Positions 17,841 through 28,360 of a DNA stretch of 64,000 nucleotides are shown here, piece after piece; the stretch's first letter is position 1, and every line of letters starts with the position of its first letter. Both the position numbers and the translations under genes were made by a program. The notes beneath the pieces are model-generated. The model did not search any database. It was not told where the DNA came from and worked only from the letters and a program-made list of their open reading frames with translations. The DNA lies in the IMG/VR virus record IMGVR_UViG_3300032277_002183, positions 147 through 64,146 of that record, one strand, 5' to 3'. Source of the DNA: a virus (taxonomy: Duplodnaviria; Caudoviricetes).

Positions 17841-18309
17841 TTGCATTTCCATAGATGATAATTTTGATATTATAATTTCTTTGGTTGTGCAGTTTGGCGG
17901 TCACGCAAAGTCTTTTGAATTTGAAGATTTGTTACAGGTCGCATTTGTTGGTTATTTTAATGCTATTACGAGTTTTGATGAAAATATAGGGCCTCTTAGA
18001 CCATATGTCTTTTCTTCGGTAAAGAACCATCTTAATAGGTTCCTAAGAAAAGAGTTAAGATGGCAAAACAATAATGTGACTAATTCTACTGTTTCAATAA
18101 GCCACGAAGACAAAAGCTATGTAGATGAATTCAAGCAGATATTAGCGTCTTGTTCTAAGAGGTTACTACCTATAGAATCATTTATTCTGGAAATGAAGTC
18201 ACAGGGATTCAACAGAAAAGAAATATGTGACACACTAACATTAAGCAAAAAAGAATACTATAACTTATTCTATTCTGGGGTAGGGAAAATACAAAGATAT
18301 GAAAGCTAA
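17824..18309 (+). CDS. small sigma-70-family factor (regions 2 and 4)
   Basis: FEDLLQVAFVGYFNAITSFD...F/Y...VKNHLNRFLR (region 2) and GFNRKEICDTL (region 4 HTH). Confidence 0.7.
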   Translation: MMKENNCISIDDNFDIIISLVVQFGGHAKSFEFEDLLQVAFVGYFNAITSFDENIGPLRPYVFSSVKNHLNRFLRKELRWQNNNVTNSTVSISHEDKSYVDEFKQILASCSKRLLPIESFILEMKSQGFNRKEICDTLTLSKKEYYNLFYSGVGKIQRYES

Positions 18310-19954
18310 AAAAATACTTCTATGCACTGAGGCTCACTGGCTGCCAACAGGATATTCTGTTTATACAAAAGAAGTCCTATCCAGACTGCACGAAGACCCA
18401 AGATTTGAAGTTGCTGAGCTCGCCTGCTATGCTACCGACAATATGGTCAAAGAAAATGCTAAAGGTTGGAAAATATATGGAAACCAGCCTGACAAAAACT
18501 CAGAAGAATGGGCTACATACAAAGCGTCTCCTACGCATGAGTTCGGTGAATATACCTTTAATCATGTGCTACTAGACTTCAAGCCTGACTTTGTTATGGA
18601 TATTCGTGATTGGTGGATGTTTGAATTCCAGCAAAGATCTACGTATAGAGATTTTTATAGCTGGACAATCATGCCGACTGTAGATGCGTTCCCTCAAAAC
18701 AAACAATGGATTGACACCTTTGCTTCTGCTGACGCTGTATTTGCGTATTCAGAGTTTGGTAGGGATGTTCTATTAGGCCAGTGTAGAGATATGAAGTTTG
18801 TCGATATTGCCTCTCCCTGCGCTAGTCAAAATTATAGTCCTGTAGCCGATAAAGAAAGACACAAAGAGGCTGCAGGCCTTGACGCAAATTCATTTATTGT
18901 CGGCACAGTAATGAGAAATCAAAGGCGTAAACTTTATCCTGATTTATTCAAGACGTTTAGAGAATTTTTGGACACCACAAAAGCCAGCAACGCTTTTTTG
19001 TATTGTCATACATATTTTCCAGATGTGGGTTGGGAGATTCCTGACCTCTTACAGGAATATGATCTCACAAATAGGGTTTTGTTTACGTACAAATGCAAGC
19101 AGTGTGGACATATAGAACCTTCATTCTTTAAGGATACAATAAACCATTGTCGAGCGTGCAATTCTTTTAGAAACGAACTTGTAGGCGTTAATAATAAAAT
19201 CGAAGAAGAAGAGCTTGCTAAGATATATAATTTCTTTGACCTTTATATACAATACGCAAACAGTGAAGGCTTTGGCATGCCGCAGCTTGAGGCAAGTCAA
19301 TCTGGAGTTCCAATCATGACGGTATCCTACTCCGCCATGGATTCAGTCGGAGATAACATAGGCGCAATAAAAATTCCTTTACTCACGCTGCAGACCGAAT
19401 GTGAAACGGGATGTAAGAGGGCTATCCCTAGCAATGAGTTTACTCTAGTAAAACTTATTGAGCTTTATAGTATGCGTAAAGAACAATTAAAACAGCTAGG
19501 CTTTGGCATGAGACAAAAAACCTTACAGAGGTACAACTGGGATAAAACTGCCGATATCTGGGCTAACTACTTTGCCTCAACACCAGTCAAAGATCCATCT
19601 ACGACTTGGTACTCTCCCGCAAGACTCTTTGAACCTGCAGCCTCTATCCCAGAAGGTCTAACCATCAAGGATCAAGCTAATTTTCTGTTTGAATCTGTTC
19701 TTAGGAAACCAGAATGGATAGGTAACCACCAGTGGAAAAGGACTTTGAGAGATTTACTTTATAGATGCACAGCGACTAACACGAGTCAAGACTGGTATTT
19801 TAATGAGTCACATCTGGAAACTGGGATCAGAAACTGGAGTCCATTTGATATAAAACAAGCTTATGAATATATGGTCAAAATGAGACAGACACATAATCAA
19901 TGGGAAAACATGAGAATACAAAGGTTACAAAATGAAAACACTTTACATCGGTAA
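18299..19954 (+). CDS. GT-B (GT4-like) glycosyltransferase
   Basis: TGYSVY, VGTVMRNQRRK, SEGFGMPQLEA. Confidence 0.85.
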   Translation: MKAKKILLCTEAHWLPTGYSVYTKEVLSRLHEDPRFEVAELACYATDNMVKENAKGWKIYGNQPDKNSEEWATYKASPTHEFGEYTFNHVLLDFKPDFVMDIRDWWMFEFQQRSTYRDFYSWTIMPTVDAFPQNKQWIDTFASADAVFAYSEFGRDVLLGQCRDMKFVDIASPCASQNYSPVADKERHKEAAGLDANSFIVGTVMRNQRRKLYPDLFKTFREFLDTTKASNAFLYCHTYFPDVGWEIPDLLQEYDLTNRVLFTYKCKQCGHIEPSFFKDTINHCRACNSFRNELVGVNNKIEEEELAKIYNFFDLYIQYANSEGFGMPQLEASQSGVPIMTVSYSAMDSVGDNIGAIKIPLLTLQTECETGCKRAIPSNEFTLVKLIELYSMRKEQLKQLGFGMRQKTLQRYNWDKTADIWANYFASTPVKDPSTTWYSPARLFEPAASIPEGLTIKDQANFLFESVLRKPEWIGNHQWKRTLRDLLYRCTATNTSQDWYFNESHLETGIRNWSPFDIKQAYEYMVKMRQTHNQWENMRIQRLQNENTLHR

Positions 19955-21038
19955 TTATAAAGATAGAACTGGTTGGGGCTATGCATCGCTGAATAATATT
20001 TTGGCTTTACATTCTGCTGGTGTAGATGTGGTGCCAAGAGCTATTACATTTAATAATTCCCACGGAGATATACATCCCACCATAACTGAGCTTGAACAAA
20101 AGAGCGAAAAAGGCTGCGATGTTTGTATATACCATACATTGCCGCCTCTATATAGTTACAACTCTAAGATTAAAAACATTGGCTTCTTTGTAACAGAAAC
20201 GGTGACATTCACTGAAACTATGTGGCAAAAACATATTAACATGATGGACGAAGTATGGGTTCCAAACGAGCAAATGATTGATGCCTGCCATAAAAGTGGT
20301 GTGAAAGTACCCATAAAGATTGCACCACACTCGCTTGACGTTTCTAAATATAGTAATATCGAAGACTGCGCTGATGCAACAGAGTTGGCTGGTTGTTTTA
20401 ACTTCTGTTTTGTCGGAGAGCTAATAAACAGGAAAAACATTGAGGGCCTATTGAGGGCTTTTCATACAGAGTTTCATCCGTCCGAGCCTGTCAATCTAAT
20501 GCTTAAAATAAATAGGAGTGGGCTATCAACTGACGCAACACTACAAGCATTTAAAAACCTTTCCGAGTCTGTAAAATCGGGGTTGAAAATAAGAACTAAA
20601 TATAAAAATGAGATCGCAATAGCTGGCCACTTAGAGGACAGACATCTTTTGTCGCTAATGTCTAAGTGTCAATGCTTTGTCATGCCTAGCTTTGGTGAAG
20701 CTTGGTGTATTCCTGCTCTTGAATCGATGGCAATTGGAATGCCTGTCATATATACTGGCAATACCGGCATGGACGATTTCTGTCATGGATGGAAAGTGGA
20801 GTCAGAAGCAAAGCCTTGTTACAGTGCTACCGACTCTTTGGATTACATGTATACTTCGCACACTAAGTGGATGGAGCCAAGTATAGAGCATTTAGCCTCT
20901 GCAATGAGGGTTGCTTACGAAACACACAAAAACGATAGAAAAAAATATGACTTAATTTGTGCAGATGCGCAAGCTAAAGCACAGAATTATAGTAACAGAA
21001 AAGTTGGTAGACAATTAAAGGAGTTGCTTCATGGCTAG
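19932..21038 (+). CDS. GT-B (GT4-like) glycosyltransferase
   Basis: TGWGYA, RKNIEGLL, SFGEAWCIPALESMAIGMPVI. Confidence 0.85.
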   Translation: MKTLYIGNYKDRTGWGYASLNNILALHSAGVDVVPRAITFNNSHGDIHPTITELEQKSEKGCDVCIYHTLPPLYSYNSKIKNIGFFVTETVTFTETMWQKHINMMDEVWVPNEQMIDACHKSGVKVPIKIAPHSLDVSKYSNIEDCADATELAGCFNFCFVGELINRKNIEGLLRAFHTEFHPSEPVNLMLKINRSGLSTDATLQAFKNLSESVKSGLKIRTKYKNEIAIAGHLEDRHLLSLMSKCQCFVMPSFGEAWCIPALESMAIGMPVIYTGNTGMDDFCHGWKVESEAKPCYSATDSLDYMYTSHTKWMEPSIEHLASAMRVAYETHKNDRKKYDLICADAQAKAQNYSNRKVGRQLKELLHG

Positions 21039-22050
21039 TCAGCCAAATCAAATTTCTATAAAATCTATGGTTCGTCGTGCGACAATGAAAAATTCAGATA
21101 AGCTGAATATATTAACATTTTGCACTCACGAAAGATATGAACAGAATCTATGCAAGACTGGTCATAATTTTTATTCTATAGCTCGTGGAAAAACATGGAA
21201 TGAAGACTATGGCGAAATTCCAAAGAATTACGAGCAGATAGAAATACTGCCTTGGCACATACAGTTTGACTTGATATTATGTCACACTAGTTGTGAAAGG
21301 TTACAGTTTTCTAAGAACTTGCAGAACATGTATAATATACCAATTATTAGACATACTCACGTTTTGCCTGATATTAGATTTGATGTCCCGCAACAGGTTT
21401 CCGCATTTAATTCAACACCTGTTGATCATAACAGCTTTATATCCGACTATAATATGGCTGCTTGGGGTAACAAGAAAGGCGATACTACCGCCTTTATTGA
21501 GCACGGTATGGACTACGATTTCTGGCAGACAGGTGAAGAGCTCCAAAGAGAAAACGTCTTATTGTCTGTTGTAAATGAATGGCCTAATAGAGACTGGTGT
21601 TGTGGATGGAATCTTTGGAATGAAATTATCAAAACAGAAAAAGGCATTTTGCCCGTCAAGGTTTTAGGAAGCAGTCCGGGATTTTCTGAGCCTGCAGATA
21701 GCATAGAAGACTTAAGAGATGCCTACAAGAGCTCCTCAGTGTTCCTGAACACTTCTATACATTCTCCTGTGCCAACAGTGTTGATGGAGGCAATGGCTTG
21801 TGGTTGTGCGGTTGTAAGTACCAATAATTGCATGATTCCAGAAATTATTACACACAACGAAAATGGATTGTTAGCAAACACAGCAGACGAACTTAGACAG
21901 CACTGTCAGTTCTTACTTGAGAATCCAGACGAAGCTAGGAGGTTAGGGGAAAATGCAAGAAAGACAATTAAAGATAATTATAGTTTAGACAGGTTTACTC
22001 AAAACTGGAACGACCTGTTTATTAAGGTTATAAGGAATTACAAAAAATAA
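21031..22050 (+). CDS. GT-B (GT4-like) glycosyltransferase
   Basis: FLNTS...PTVLMEAMACGCAVV...ITHNENG. Confidence 0.85.
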   Translation: MASQPNQISIKSMVRRATMKNSDKLNILTFCTHERYEQNLCKTGHNFYSIARGKTWNEDYGEIPKNYEQIEILPWHIQFDLILCHTSCERLQFSKNLQNMYNIPIIRHTHVLPDIRFDVPQQVSAFNSTPVDHNSFISDYNMAAWGNKKGDTTAFIEHGMDYDFWQTGEELQRENVLLSVVNEWPNRDWCCGWNLWNEIIKTEKGILPVKVLGSSPGFSEPADSIEDLRDAYKSSSVFLNTSIHSPVPTVLMEAMACGCAVVSTNNCMIPEIITHNENGLLANTADELRQHCQFLLENPDEARRLGENARKTIKDNYSLDRFTQNWNDLFIKVIRNYKK

Positions 22051-22493
22051 TGAAGATTATACTTTCACACACAGACCCAGAGAGCAAGAGCCACACTTGG
22101 ATAAGTGATATTTCGACTATCGACTCCGTTGTGGATAATAACGAAGCAACTGATGTAATTGTTGACAGTTTTTTATCTGCCTTTAATTTTGAAAGCTTGG
22201 CACATATCTTGCAAAAAATTGTATCGAAGATGAGGCTTAACTCAAAGCTAGTGATATATCAAAAAGACATTGACTTATTATCATATAGATATAGTAAGAG
22301 TGGCATGTCATTAACTGATATGAATTCCTTGCTATTTGAGGATTCCCCATCAATAGGCTGCGTTTTAAATACTGAAACAATTTCGGAAATAATAAGTAAT
22401 AGCAATTTAAAGATCGAGCAGAAGACTTTAGATAGTGAAACAATGCAAAGTGTTATAATTTCAAGGAGAGTCGCAAATGCAGGTTCAAACTAG
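22050..22493 (+). CDS. degenerate methyltransferase-like protein
   Basis: Short alpha/beta ORF resembling the C-terminal half of a class I SAM MTase; no glycine motif. Confidence 0.4.
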   Translation: MKIILSHTDPESKSHTWISDISTIDSVVDNNEATDVIVDSFLSAFNFESLAHILQKIVSKMRLNSKLVIYQKDIDLLSYRYSKSGMSLTDMNSLLFEDSPSIGCVLNTETISEIISNSNLKIEQKTLDSETMQSVIISRRVANAGSN

Positions 22494-23283
22494 TTGTAAA
22501 GGATGTGTATTCGCTGAATACGAAGGCGATACACAGAATGGATGTAAATTAAACAGATCAGAGAAAATGAATCCAAAAAGCGACTTTGTGCTAGATGGAC
22601 ATAAGCATCATTATACTTTCAGCAGGTTCTGCAATACCTATAGACCTGACGAGTGGAAACTAATATTATCAGATGAAGAGAAAGAAGATCTGACCAAAAC
22701 TGTCATGTCTGAGGTTTGTCCAAGAGTCGGCATCTTTGTTTTTCTAGACGATAGCGAAGACATGCTAACCAAGCTGAAATATACGCTTGATGGCATCAAA
22801 AACCAGACATTCGGAGCTATAAGATACGTTGTGTTAATAAACCAAAAGGTTGAATACAATGCTGAACTGCACGATATTTTGCTTTCATATTTTGATTTTG
22901 AAAAGACTGAATTTCATATAGTACAAACTTTAATTAAAGATAAAAATGCATTTTTGCTCGATGAAGCTTTTATACACGCCAAAAATGGTTGGGCTTACGT
23001 TACTAGTTGCGGTGAGAAAATTGATGAGAAGCTATTGGAAAACATTCATGACAGAATTAATCTGCAGATGAAAAGACTTGTAATTGTAGAACCGTATGAA
23101 GACCTCAATGGTCTTATATTCCAAACGGCAATATACAAGTTTCTAGATGGGAACAGAAAACTTAAACATAAAGAAACTGGAGAAGACATCGTTATCAGTT
23201 TTATGGATAAAGCGAAGTCTATGAAAACAGAAGATCCAGACACTTTCATTACATGGGAGCAATTTGTAAATGAGTCTTCCTAA
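22477..23283 (+). CDS. hypothetical protein, possibly degenerate GT-A fold with N-terminal Cys motif
   Basis: CKGC...C...C N-terminus, then a GT2-like beta/alpha pattern. Confidence 0.45.
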   Translation: MQVQTSCKGCVFAEYEGDTQNGCKLNRSEKMNPKSDFVLDGHKHHYTFSRFCNTYRPDEWKLILSDEEKEDLTKTVMSEVCPRVGIFVFLDDSEDMLTKLKYTLDGIKNQTFGAIRYVVLINQKVEYNAELHDILLSYFDFEKTEFHIVQTLIKDKNAFLLDEAFIHAKNGWAYVTSCGEKIDEKLLENIHDRINLQMKRLVIVEPYEDLNGLIFQTAIYKFLDGNRKLKHKETGEDIVISFMDKAKSMKTEDPDTFITWEQFVNESS

Positions 23284-24106
23284 TGTAGCAGTTATAATTA
23301 GTAACTATAACTACGGTGACTATGTTTTAGATGCTGTGTCAAGCGCTCTAGAGCAAGACTATGAGGGTCAGTTCCGTATTTATGTAGTGGATGACGGTTC
23401 TTCCGATGGATCTTATGAAAAGTTATTAGCTTACGCAGGGGAAGACGTATCCTCTATAACAGATACACATCAGGTTACAGAGCCATATTATAACGGCAAA
23501 ATGAAACTATTTCAGTGTAGCGATTTAAATTTATGGTGTTACTCTATAGAGAATTCAGGAGCCAGTACTGCTAGGAACGTGGCGATATGGGAAGCTTGGC
23601 AATGGGCTGACTGCTTCGCTATCCTTGATGCAGACGATCTTTATCATCCCAGCAAAGTTTCAAAGCAGGTAGAAAAGTTAATCGAATATGATGAAATAGG
23701 TGTCACATATTCAGACTACATTATACACAAGTCCTATACTTATAATGATTATGAAAAGCATGAATACAAATACCCATACTCTAAGTTTGAGTTAGAGAAG
23801 CAATGCATCGTGCATAGCGCTGGAATCATAAAAAAGAAATACCTATCAAAAATTTTATTAGACAATAAAGAGTTTTATGATAGTAATTTACATGGGCCCG
23901 GCAGTCAAGAATTCATAGGTTGTACAGAAGACTATGATCTATGGATTAGACTTTCCGGTGTATGTATGATGTCTCATGTCGCAGAGCCACTCTCTTATGT
24001 CAGAGAAACTGGTTTGAACCAGTCCATGAAGATGACATCAGATATTTTCCAAGATAATGCCAACAAGATAAGAATTCGTAATGAACAGATTTATTCAAAA
24101 AATTAA
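23270..24106 (+). CDS. GT2 family glycosyltransferase
   Basis: VIISNYNYG, VVDDGSSD, GASTARN, ILDADD, EDYDLW. Confidence 0.9.
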   Translation: MSLPNVAVIISNYNYGDYVLDAVSSALEQDYEGQFRIYVVDDGSSDGSYEKLLAYAGEDVSSITDTHQVTEPYYNGKMKLFQCSDLNLWCYSIENSGASTARNVAIWEAWQWADCFAILDADDLYHPSKVSKQVEKLIEYDEIGVTYSDYIIHKSYTYNDYEKHEYKYPYSKFELEKQCIVHSAGIIKKKYLSKILLDNKEFYDSNLHGPGSQEFIGCTEDYDLWIRLSGVCMMSHVAEPLSYVRETGLNQSMKMTSDIFQDNANKIRIRNEQIYSKN

Positions 24107-24788
24107 GAAAGATTCGATTACGACCACTGTTGGAATATTGTCTGCAGGAGTTGGAAATAGAATCAAGTCTAACGAACCACGAAGCTTACTGAAGATAGGC
24201 AATAAAGTCCTGCTTGAGCACCAAGTTTCTATCATACAAAATGCATTCCTAAAGCCAGAGATAATTATAGGCCTTGGGGTAGAAGCAAACAAAGTAATCA
24301 AAAAGCTGAATGCTGGAATCAGATATGTAGAAAACCAGCTCTATGAGACCACTGGATCAGCAGAGACAATGAGATTAATTGTAAACAATTCTGATGCTGA
24401 TAACATACTGTTTTTTCATGGAGATCTTTATTTTGCTCAGAGTCTAATTGAAAACTTGGATTATTCAAGGTCTTTTGTTCTAGCCTCTTCTTCAATGATG
24501 AACGATAGAGAAGTTGGAATAACTAAAGTAAAGAACAAGGCGACTATTTTTTCTCACGGACTAGACTTAAAATGGTGTCAGATAGTTTATTTGTGTGGCA
24601 AAGAGTTAAAACTATTGAGGCAGATATTCATCAAACATTCAGAAGAAACAAAAAAAATGCTGACGTTTGAGGTACTAAACCTTATAATAAATAAGGGCGG
24701 CAATATAAAAGTTATAGAGCCTGAGAACGGTTCAATATTAGAAATAGATTGTATGAAAGATTTAAAGAATGAAAATTTTAATATCTAG
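24081..24788 (+). CDS. NTP transferase (LicC/sugar-phosphate nucleotidyltransferase-like)
   Basis: ILSAGVGNRI...PRSLL...FFHGDL. Confidence 0.75.
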   Translation: MNRFIQKIKKDSITTTVGILSAGVGNRIKSNEPRSLLKIGNKVLLEHQVSIIQNAFLKPEIIIGLGVEANKVIKKLNAGIRYVENQLYETTGSAETMRLIVNNSDADNILFFHGDLYFAQSLIENLDYSRSFVLASSSMMNDREVGITKVKNKATIFSHGLDLKWCQIVYLCGKELKLLRQIFIKHSEETKKMLTFEVLNLIINKGGNIKVIEPENGSILEIDCMKDLKNENFNI

Positions 24789-25812
24789 TGATGGGATGCA
24801 CGCTCATTATTTCCAAAGGTTATCTTGGTTACGGGCTTTCAATTCTGTTGGCATAAAAGCTCAATTCTGGGACTGTAAGAATATGTCAGCTTTTGACGCA
24901 TTTGATTTGATTGAACCTGATGTGTTTCTGGGGCAGTCTTATAACTTGACATCCGATCTACTTAAATGTATATATGAAAGACCCCATCTGAAGGTTGGGT
25001 TGCGAGCAGGAGATTGGGGAAACTTTGAACGAGACCCAAGACTGAATGTTCTTTATGCCACTGAACAGGAATTACAAACTCTAAAGAAACTGAAGGATGA
25101 AACTGGTAAGCCAGATTTTGTTCACATCCATTATGATCAAGAGGCTGTAGATCAAACTCACTCAAACTATTCTCAAATAGGAATAGATGCTAAATCTCTA
25201 ATAATGTGTGGCGACGTGCAAGAGTATTTTGGTGGACAGTATGACGAGTCACTAGCTTGTGACATTGGATTCGTTGGCGGCTATTGGCCACACAAAGGGA
25301 TTATCATAGACCAGTTTTTAACACCTCTATGTCACCCAGTAGATAAATATAATATTAAAGTTTTTGGGAACCAGCCTTGGCATATAAATCAGTATTGTGG
25401 TTTTATACAAGATGCAAAAATTAAAGACCTTTTTGTCTCCGCAAAGATATGCCCAAACCTCAGTGAGCCACATGCGCACCAGTACGGTTTTGATATAAAT
25501 GAAAGATGCTTTAAGATTTTGTGTGCAGGAGGCTTTTGTATATCCGACAATATAACATCTATTGCAAAAATATTTAATGGTAATGGTGTTGTCTTCGCAG
25601 AGAACCCTCAAGACTTTAGAGAAAAGATTGATTATTATCTAAGTCATGAAGAAGAGCGCCAACAATTAGCCTCGCAAGGACAACAGTTCTTGCTGGATAA
25701 TCATACTAATTTCCATAGGATAGCAGATATACTGAATTACTTTGGCTACACACAAGAGGCTACGAATATAGTCGATAACTGGTCCAAAACTAGGAGAGAG
25801 ATGAATGTATAA
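24769..25812 (+). CDS. CgeB-like GT-B glycosyltransferase
   Basis: DIGFVG, KICPN, INERCFKILCAGGF, HTNFHR. Confidence 0.75.
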   Translation: MKILISSDGMHAHYFQRLSWLRAFNSVGIKAQFWDCKNMSAFDAFDLIEPDVFLGQSYNLTSDLLKCIYERPHLKVGLRAGDWGNFERDPRLNVLYATEQELQTLKKLKDETGKPDFVHIHYDQEAVDQTHSNYSQIGIDAKSLIMCGDVQEYFGGQYDESLACDIGFVGGYWPHKGIIIDQFLTPLCHPVDKYNIKVFGNQPWHINQYCGFIQDAKIKDLFVSAKICPNLSEPHAHQYGFDINERCFKILCAGGFCISDNITSIAKIFNGNGVVFAENPQDFREKIDYYLSHEEERQQLASQGQQFLLDNHTNFHRIADILNYFGYTQEATNIVDNWSKTRREMNV

Positions 25813-26761
25813 AGATAAGAAAGTTTTGATAACTGGAGGAACCGGCTTTTTGGGTAAAGCTGTTGTTAATAGACTCAGTTCGCATGGCTATAATAATTTG
25901 TTGTCTATAGGCAGATCAGTTGATTTAACTTGTTGCGAAGAAACCTTTGATTTTTTTGAGAAAGAAAAACCTGATGCAGTAATTCATCTTGCCGCTACGG
26001 TTGGAGGTATAGGAGCAAACAAAGAAAATCCCGGACTGTTCATGTACAATAATCTGGTTATGGGCACTAATACTATTGAAGCTTCTAGGCTTAATAAGGT
26101 TGAGAAATTTATAATGGTTGGAACTGTTTGTGCTTACCCTAAATTTACACCTGTACCGTTTAAAGAAGAGGACATTTGGAATGGATACCCTGAAGGAACA
26201 AACGCACCTTACGGCATCGCCAAGAAATCACTTATGCAGTTGGTGCAATCTTATAATAAGCAATACGACTTTAACGGTGTTAACCTCATTCCTGTTAACA
26301 TGTATGGCCCTCACGATAACTTTGATCCTGCCATAAGCCATGTCATTCCAGCGCTCATACTCAAATTTTACAAGGCTATAAAGTTTGATTTAGAATCCGT
26401 AGAAGTTTGGGGTACTGGCGAAGCAAGTAGAGAGTTTTTATATGTAGACGACTGCGCACACGCGGTGAAACTAGCTCTTGAAAAAGATGTTTCTCCAGAA
26501 CCAATTAATATAGGAACTGGCGGTGAAATACAAATAAAATATCTAGCTCACACAATTGCACAAGTTATGGGCTACGACGGCTCCATATACTTCAACTCCG
26601 ATTATCCAGATGGACAACCTCGAAGACAGTTAGACATAAGTAGAGCCAAAGAAAGATTATACTATGAACCAAAGGTAGATTTGCTAGATGGGCTTGAAGC
26701 TACAGTGCATTGGTTTATGGCAAATAAGGAGCAGTTTGATGTTTACCTCAATCGTATTTAG
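25805..26761 (+). CDS. fcl: GDP-L-fucose synthase
   Basis: GGTGFLG, HLAATVGGIGAN, GTVCAYP, YGIAK, NMYGPHDNF, HVIPAL, WGTGEASREF, DGQPRR. Confidence 0.95.
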   Translation: MYKDKKVLITGGTGFLGKAVVNRLSSHGYNNLLSIGRSVDLTCCEETFDFFEKEKPDAVIHLAATVGGIGANKENPGLFMYNNLVMGTNTIEASRLNKVEKFIMVGTVCAYPKFTPVPFKEEDIWNGYPEGTNAPYGIAKKSLMQLVQSYNKQYDFNGVNLIPVNMYGPHDNFDPAISHVIPALILKFYKAIKFDLESVEVWGTGEASREFLYVDDCAHAVKLALEKDVSPEPINIGTGGEIQIKYLAHTIAQVMGYDGSIYFNSDYPDGQPRRQLDISRAKERLYYEPKVDLLDGLEATVHWFMANKEQFDVYLNRI

Positions 26762-27638
26762 TAAAGATAGACCTTTACAATTAGATCTCACATTAAAAAG
26801 TGTAGCAACTAACTTCAGTAGCTCACGAGTGATTGTGCTTTACAAAACATCTAATAAGAAATACAAAGACTCTTATTCTATGCTTATGGAAGAACATGAA
26901 GATGTCAGCTTTGTAGAACAAAGTAATTCAATATTTGATGACATTCACAATATGATAGAACAAATTGAGGGCTATGTTTATTTTCTGACCGATGACTGCA
27001 TAGTATATAAGCCGGTAGATCTCAACACTGAAGAGATTGATAATCTTTTTGAAATCGTTAGAGATCCTGAGCAGAATAAGTTATTGTCGTGCATATCTTT
27101 GAGAATGGGAGAGAACACCACGAAAAGAATGTTTGGAGATAATTTGATAACTGATGCTATTCCTTCAGAGGTCTACTTAACTGATAACAAATTTCTGTTA
27201 TGGAATTTTACTACTGTCACGTTTGGCAGCTATTGGTGCTATCCACTCTCAGTAGATGGTCACATGTTCAAAGCTAGTGACATGAAAAGATTCACTAGTG
27301 AATTATGTTTATTAGATAAACACTATTCTAACTGCGGAAAAGTACCTAGAGCAGAATACGCATGGCGGCAAACACCAAATGAGTTTGAGTCAAAACTGCA
27401 GAGGTTCATGTTCGAGTTGAAGCCGGTAATGGCATCACTAAGACATTCATGTGTGGTCAATTCACCCAATAACAAGGTGCAGGACTCGCACGATAACAAG
27501 TCTGGAGATGTCCATAATTATGCCCCTCTAGACCTTAAGGATGAGTTTGATTCAGGAAAAAGAATTAATCTGAAGAGTATAGATTTTCAAAATATCGAGT
27601 GCCCCCATCAAGAGCTGGACATACTACAAGGAATGTAA
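26739..27638 (+). CDS. glycosyltransferase-like protein (GT-A fold)
   Basis: FSKDRPLQL N-terminus and FLTDDC DxD-like motif; AAGGAG RBS before the ATG at 26739. Confidence 0.6.
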   Translation: MFTSIVFSKDRPLQLDLTLKSVATNFSSSRVIVLYKTSNKKYKDSYSMLMEEHEDVSFVEQSNSIFDDIHNMIEQIEGYVYFLTDDCIVYKPVDLNTEEIDNLFEIVRDPEQNKLLSCISLRMGENTTKRMFGDNLITDAIPSEVYLTDNKFLLWNFTTVTFGSYWCYPLSVDGHMFKASDMKRFTSELCLLDKHYSNCGKVPRAEYAWRQTPNEFESKLQRFMFELKPVMASLRHSCVVNSPNNKVQDSHDNKSGDVHNYAPLDLKDEFDSGKRINLKSIDFQNIECPHQELDILQGM

Positions 27639-28358
27639 ATGAAATACGACGCTATCATATTATCGCATCCAAAAGACTACACTAAAATCGAGTACTGTCT
27701 TGAGTCTATGAAGTGGTTAAATCCAACGCCTCACGATATATTCCTAGTAACTCCTGATCACGCAGTGTCCGATAATTTCGTATGCTTAACAGATTCAGAG
27801 GTTATCGACTTAGACATAAACGAAGTTAAATTCAGCAGACCCAATTGGATCTATCAGCAGCTTATAAAGACCTTTCAGGATGTGACGAGAAACGATCTTT
27901 ACATGTGCATAGACTCCGACCTAATTTTCAATCGTCCAATTGAAGTCTTCTCTGGAGGGAAACCAAACTTCTTTATTAGTGATAGAGATCAACACCATAT
28001 CCCATATTTTAGTCTAATGGAAATATACTTCGGATTTGGTAGGCAGGTTAATCATACGTACATAAATGACTTTATGTTGTTTGATAAAAATGTGTGCCGA
28101 GAAATGCTACCAGACCTCAAGACGTTTGTAGACGACCTCAATGAAATTTTGGTGAATGAAGAATATTTGTTCTCTGAGTTTGAAACCTATGGAAACTATG
28201 TAGCAAAAACACACCCTCAAATGTATAATCACACTCATACAAAAACAAAGACTCATGGACAATACAAACAGTGGTCACATGACGAAATTAGATCAGCGAT
28301 AAACATGTACAAGGGCGACACTAATGTAGACCTATTCACAATTCACACTTGGACTTAA
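27639..28358 (+). CDS. glycosyltransferase-like protein (DUF6492-like)
   Basis: WIYQQLIK, CIDSD, FSEFETYG. Confidence 0.6.
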   Translation: MKYDAIILSHPKDYTKIEYCLESMKWLNPTPHDIFLVTPDHAVSDNFVCLTDSEVIDLDINEVKFSRPNWIYQQLIKTFQDVTRNDLYMCIDSDLIFNRPIEVFSGGKPNFFISDRDQHHIPYFSLMEIYFGFGRQVNHTYINDFMLFDKNVCREMLPDLKTFVDDLNEILVNEEYLFSEFETYGNYVAKTHPQMYNHTHTKTKTHGQYKQWSHDEIRSAINMYKGDTNVDLFTIHTWT

Positions 28359-28360
28359 AT

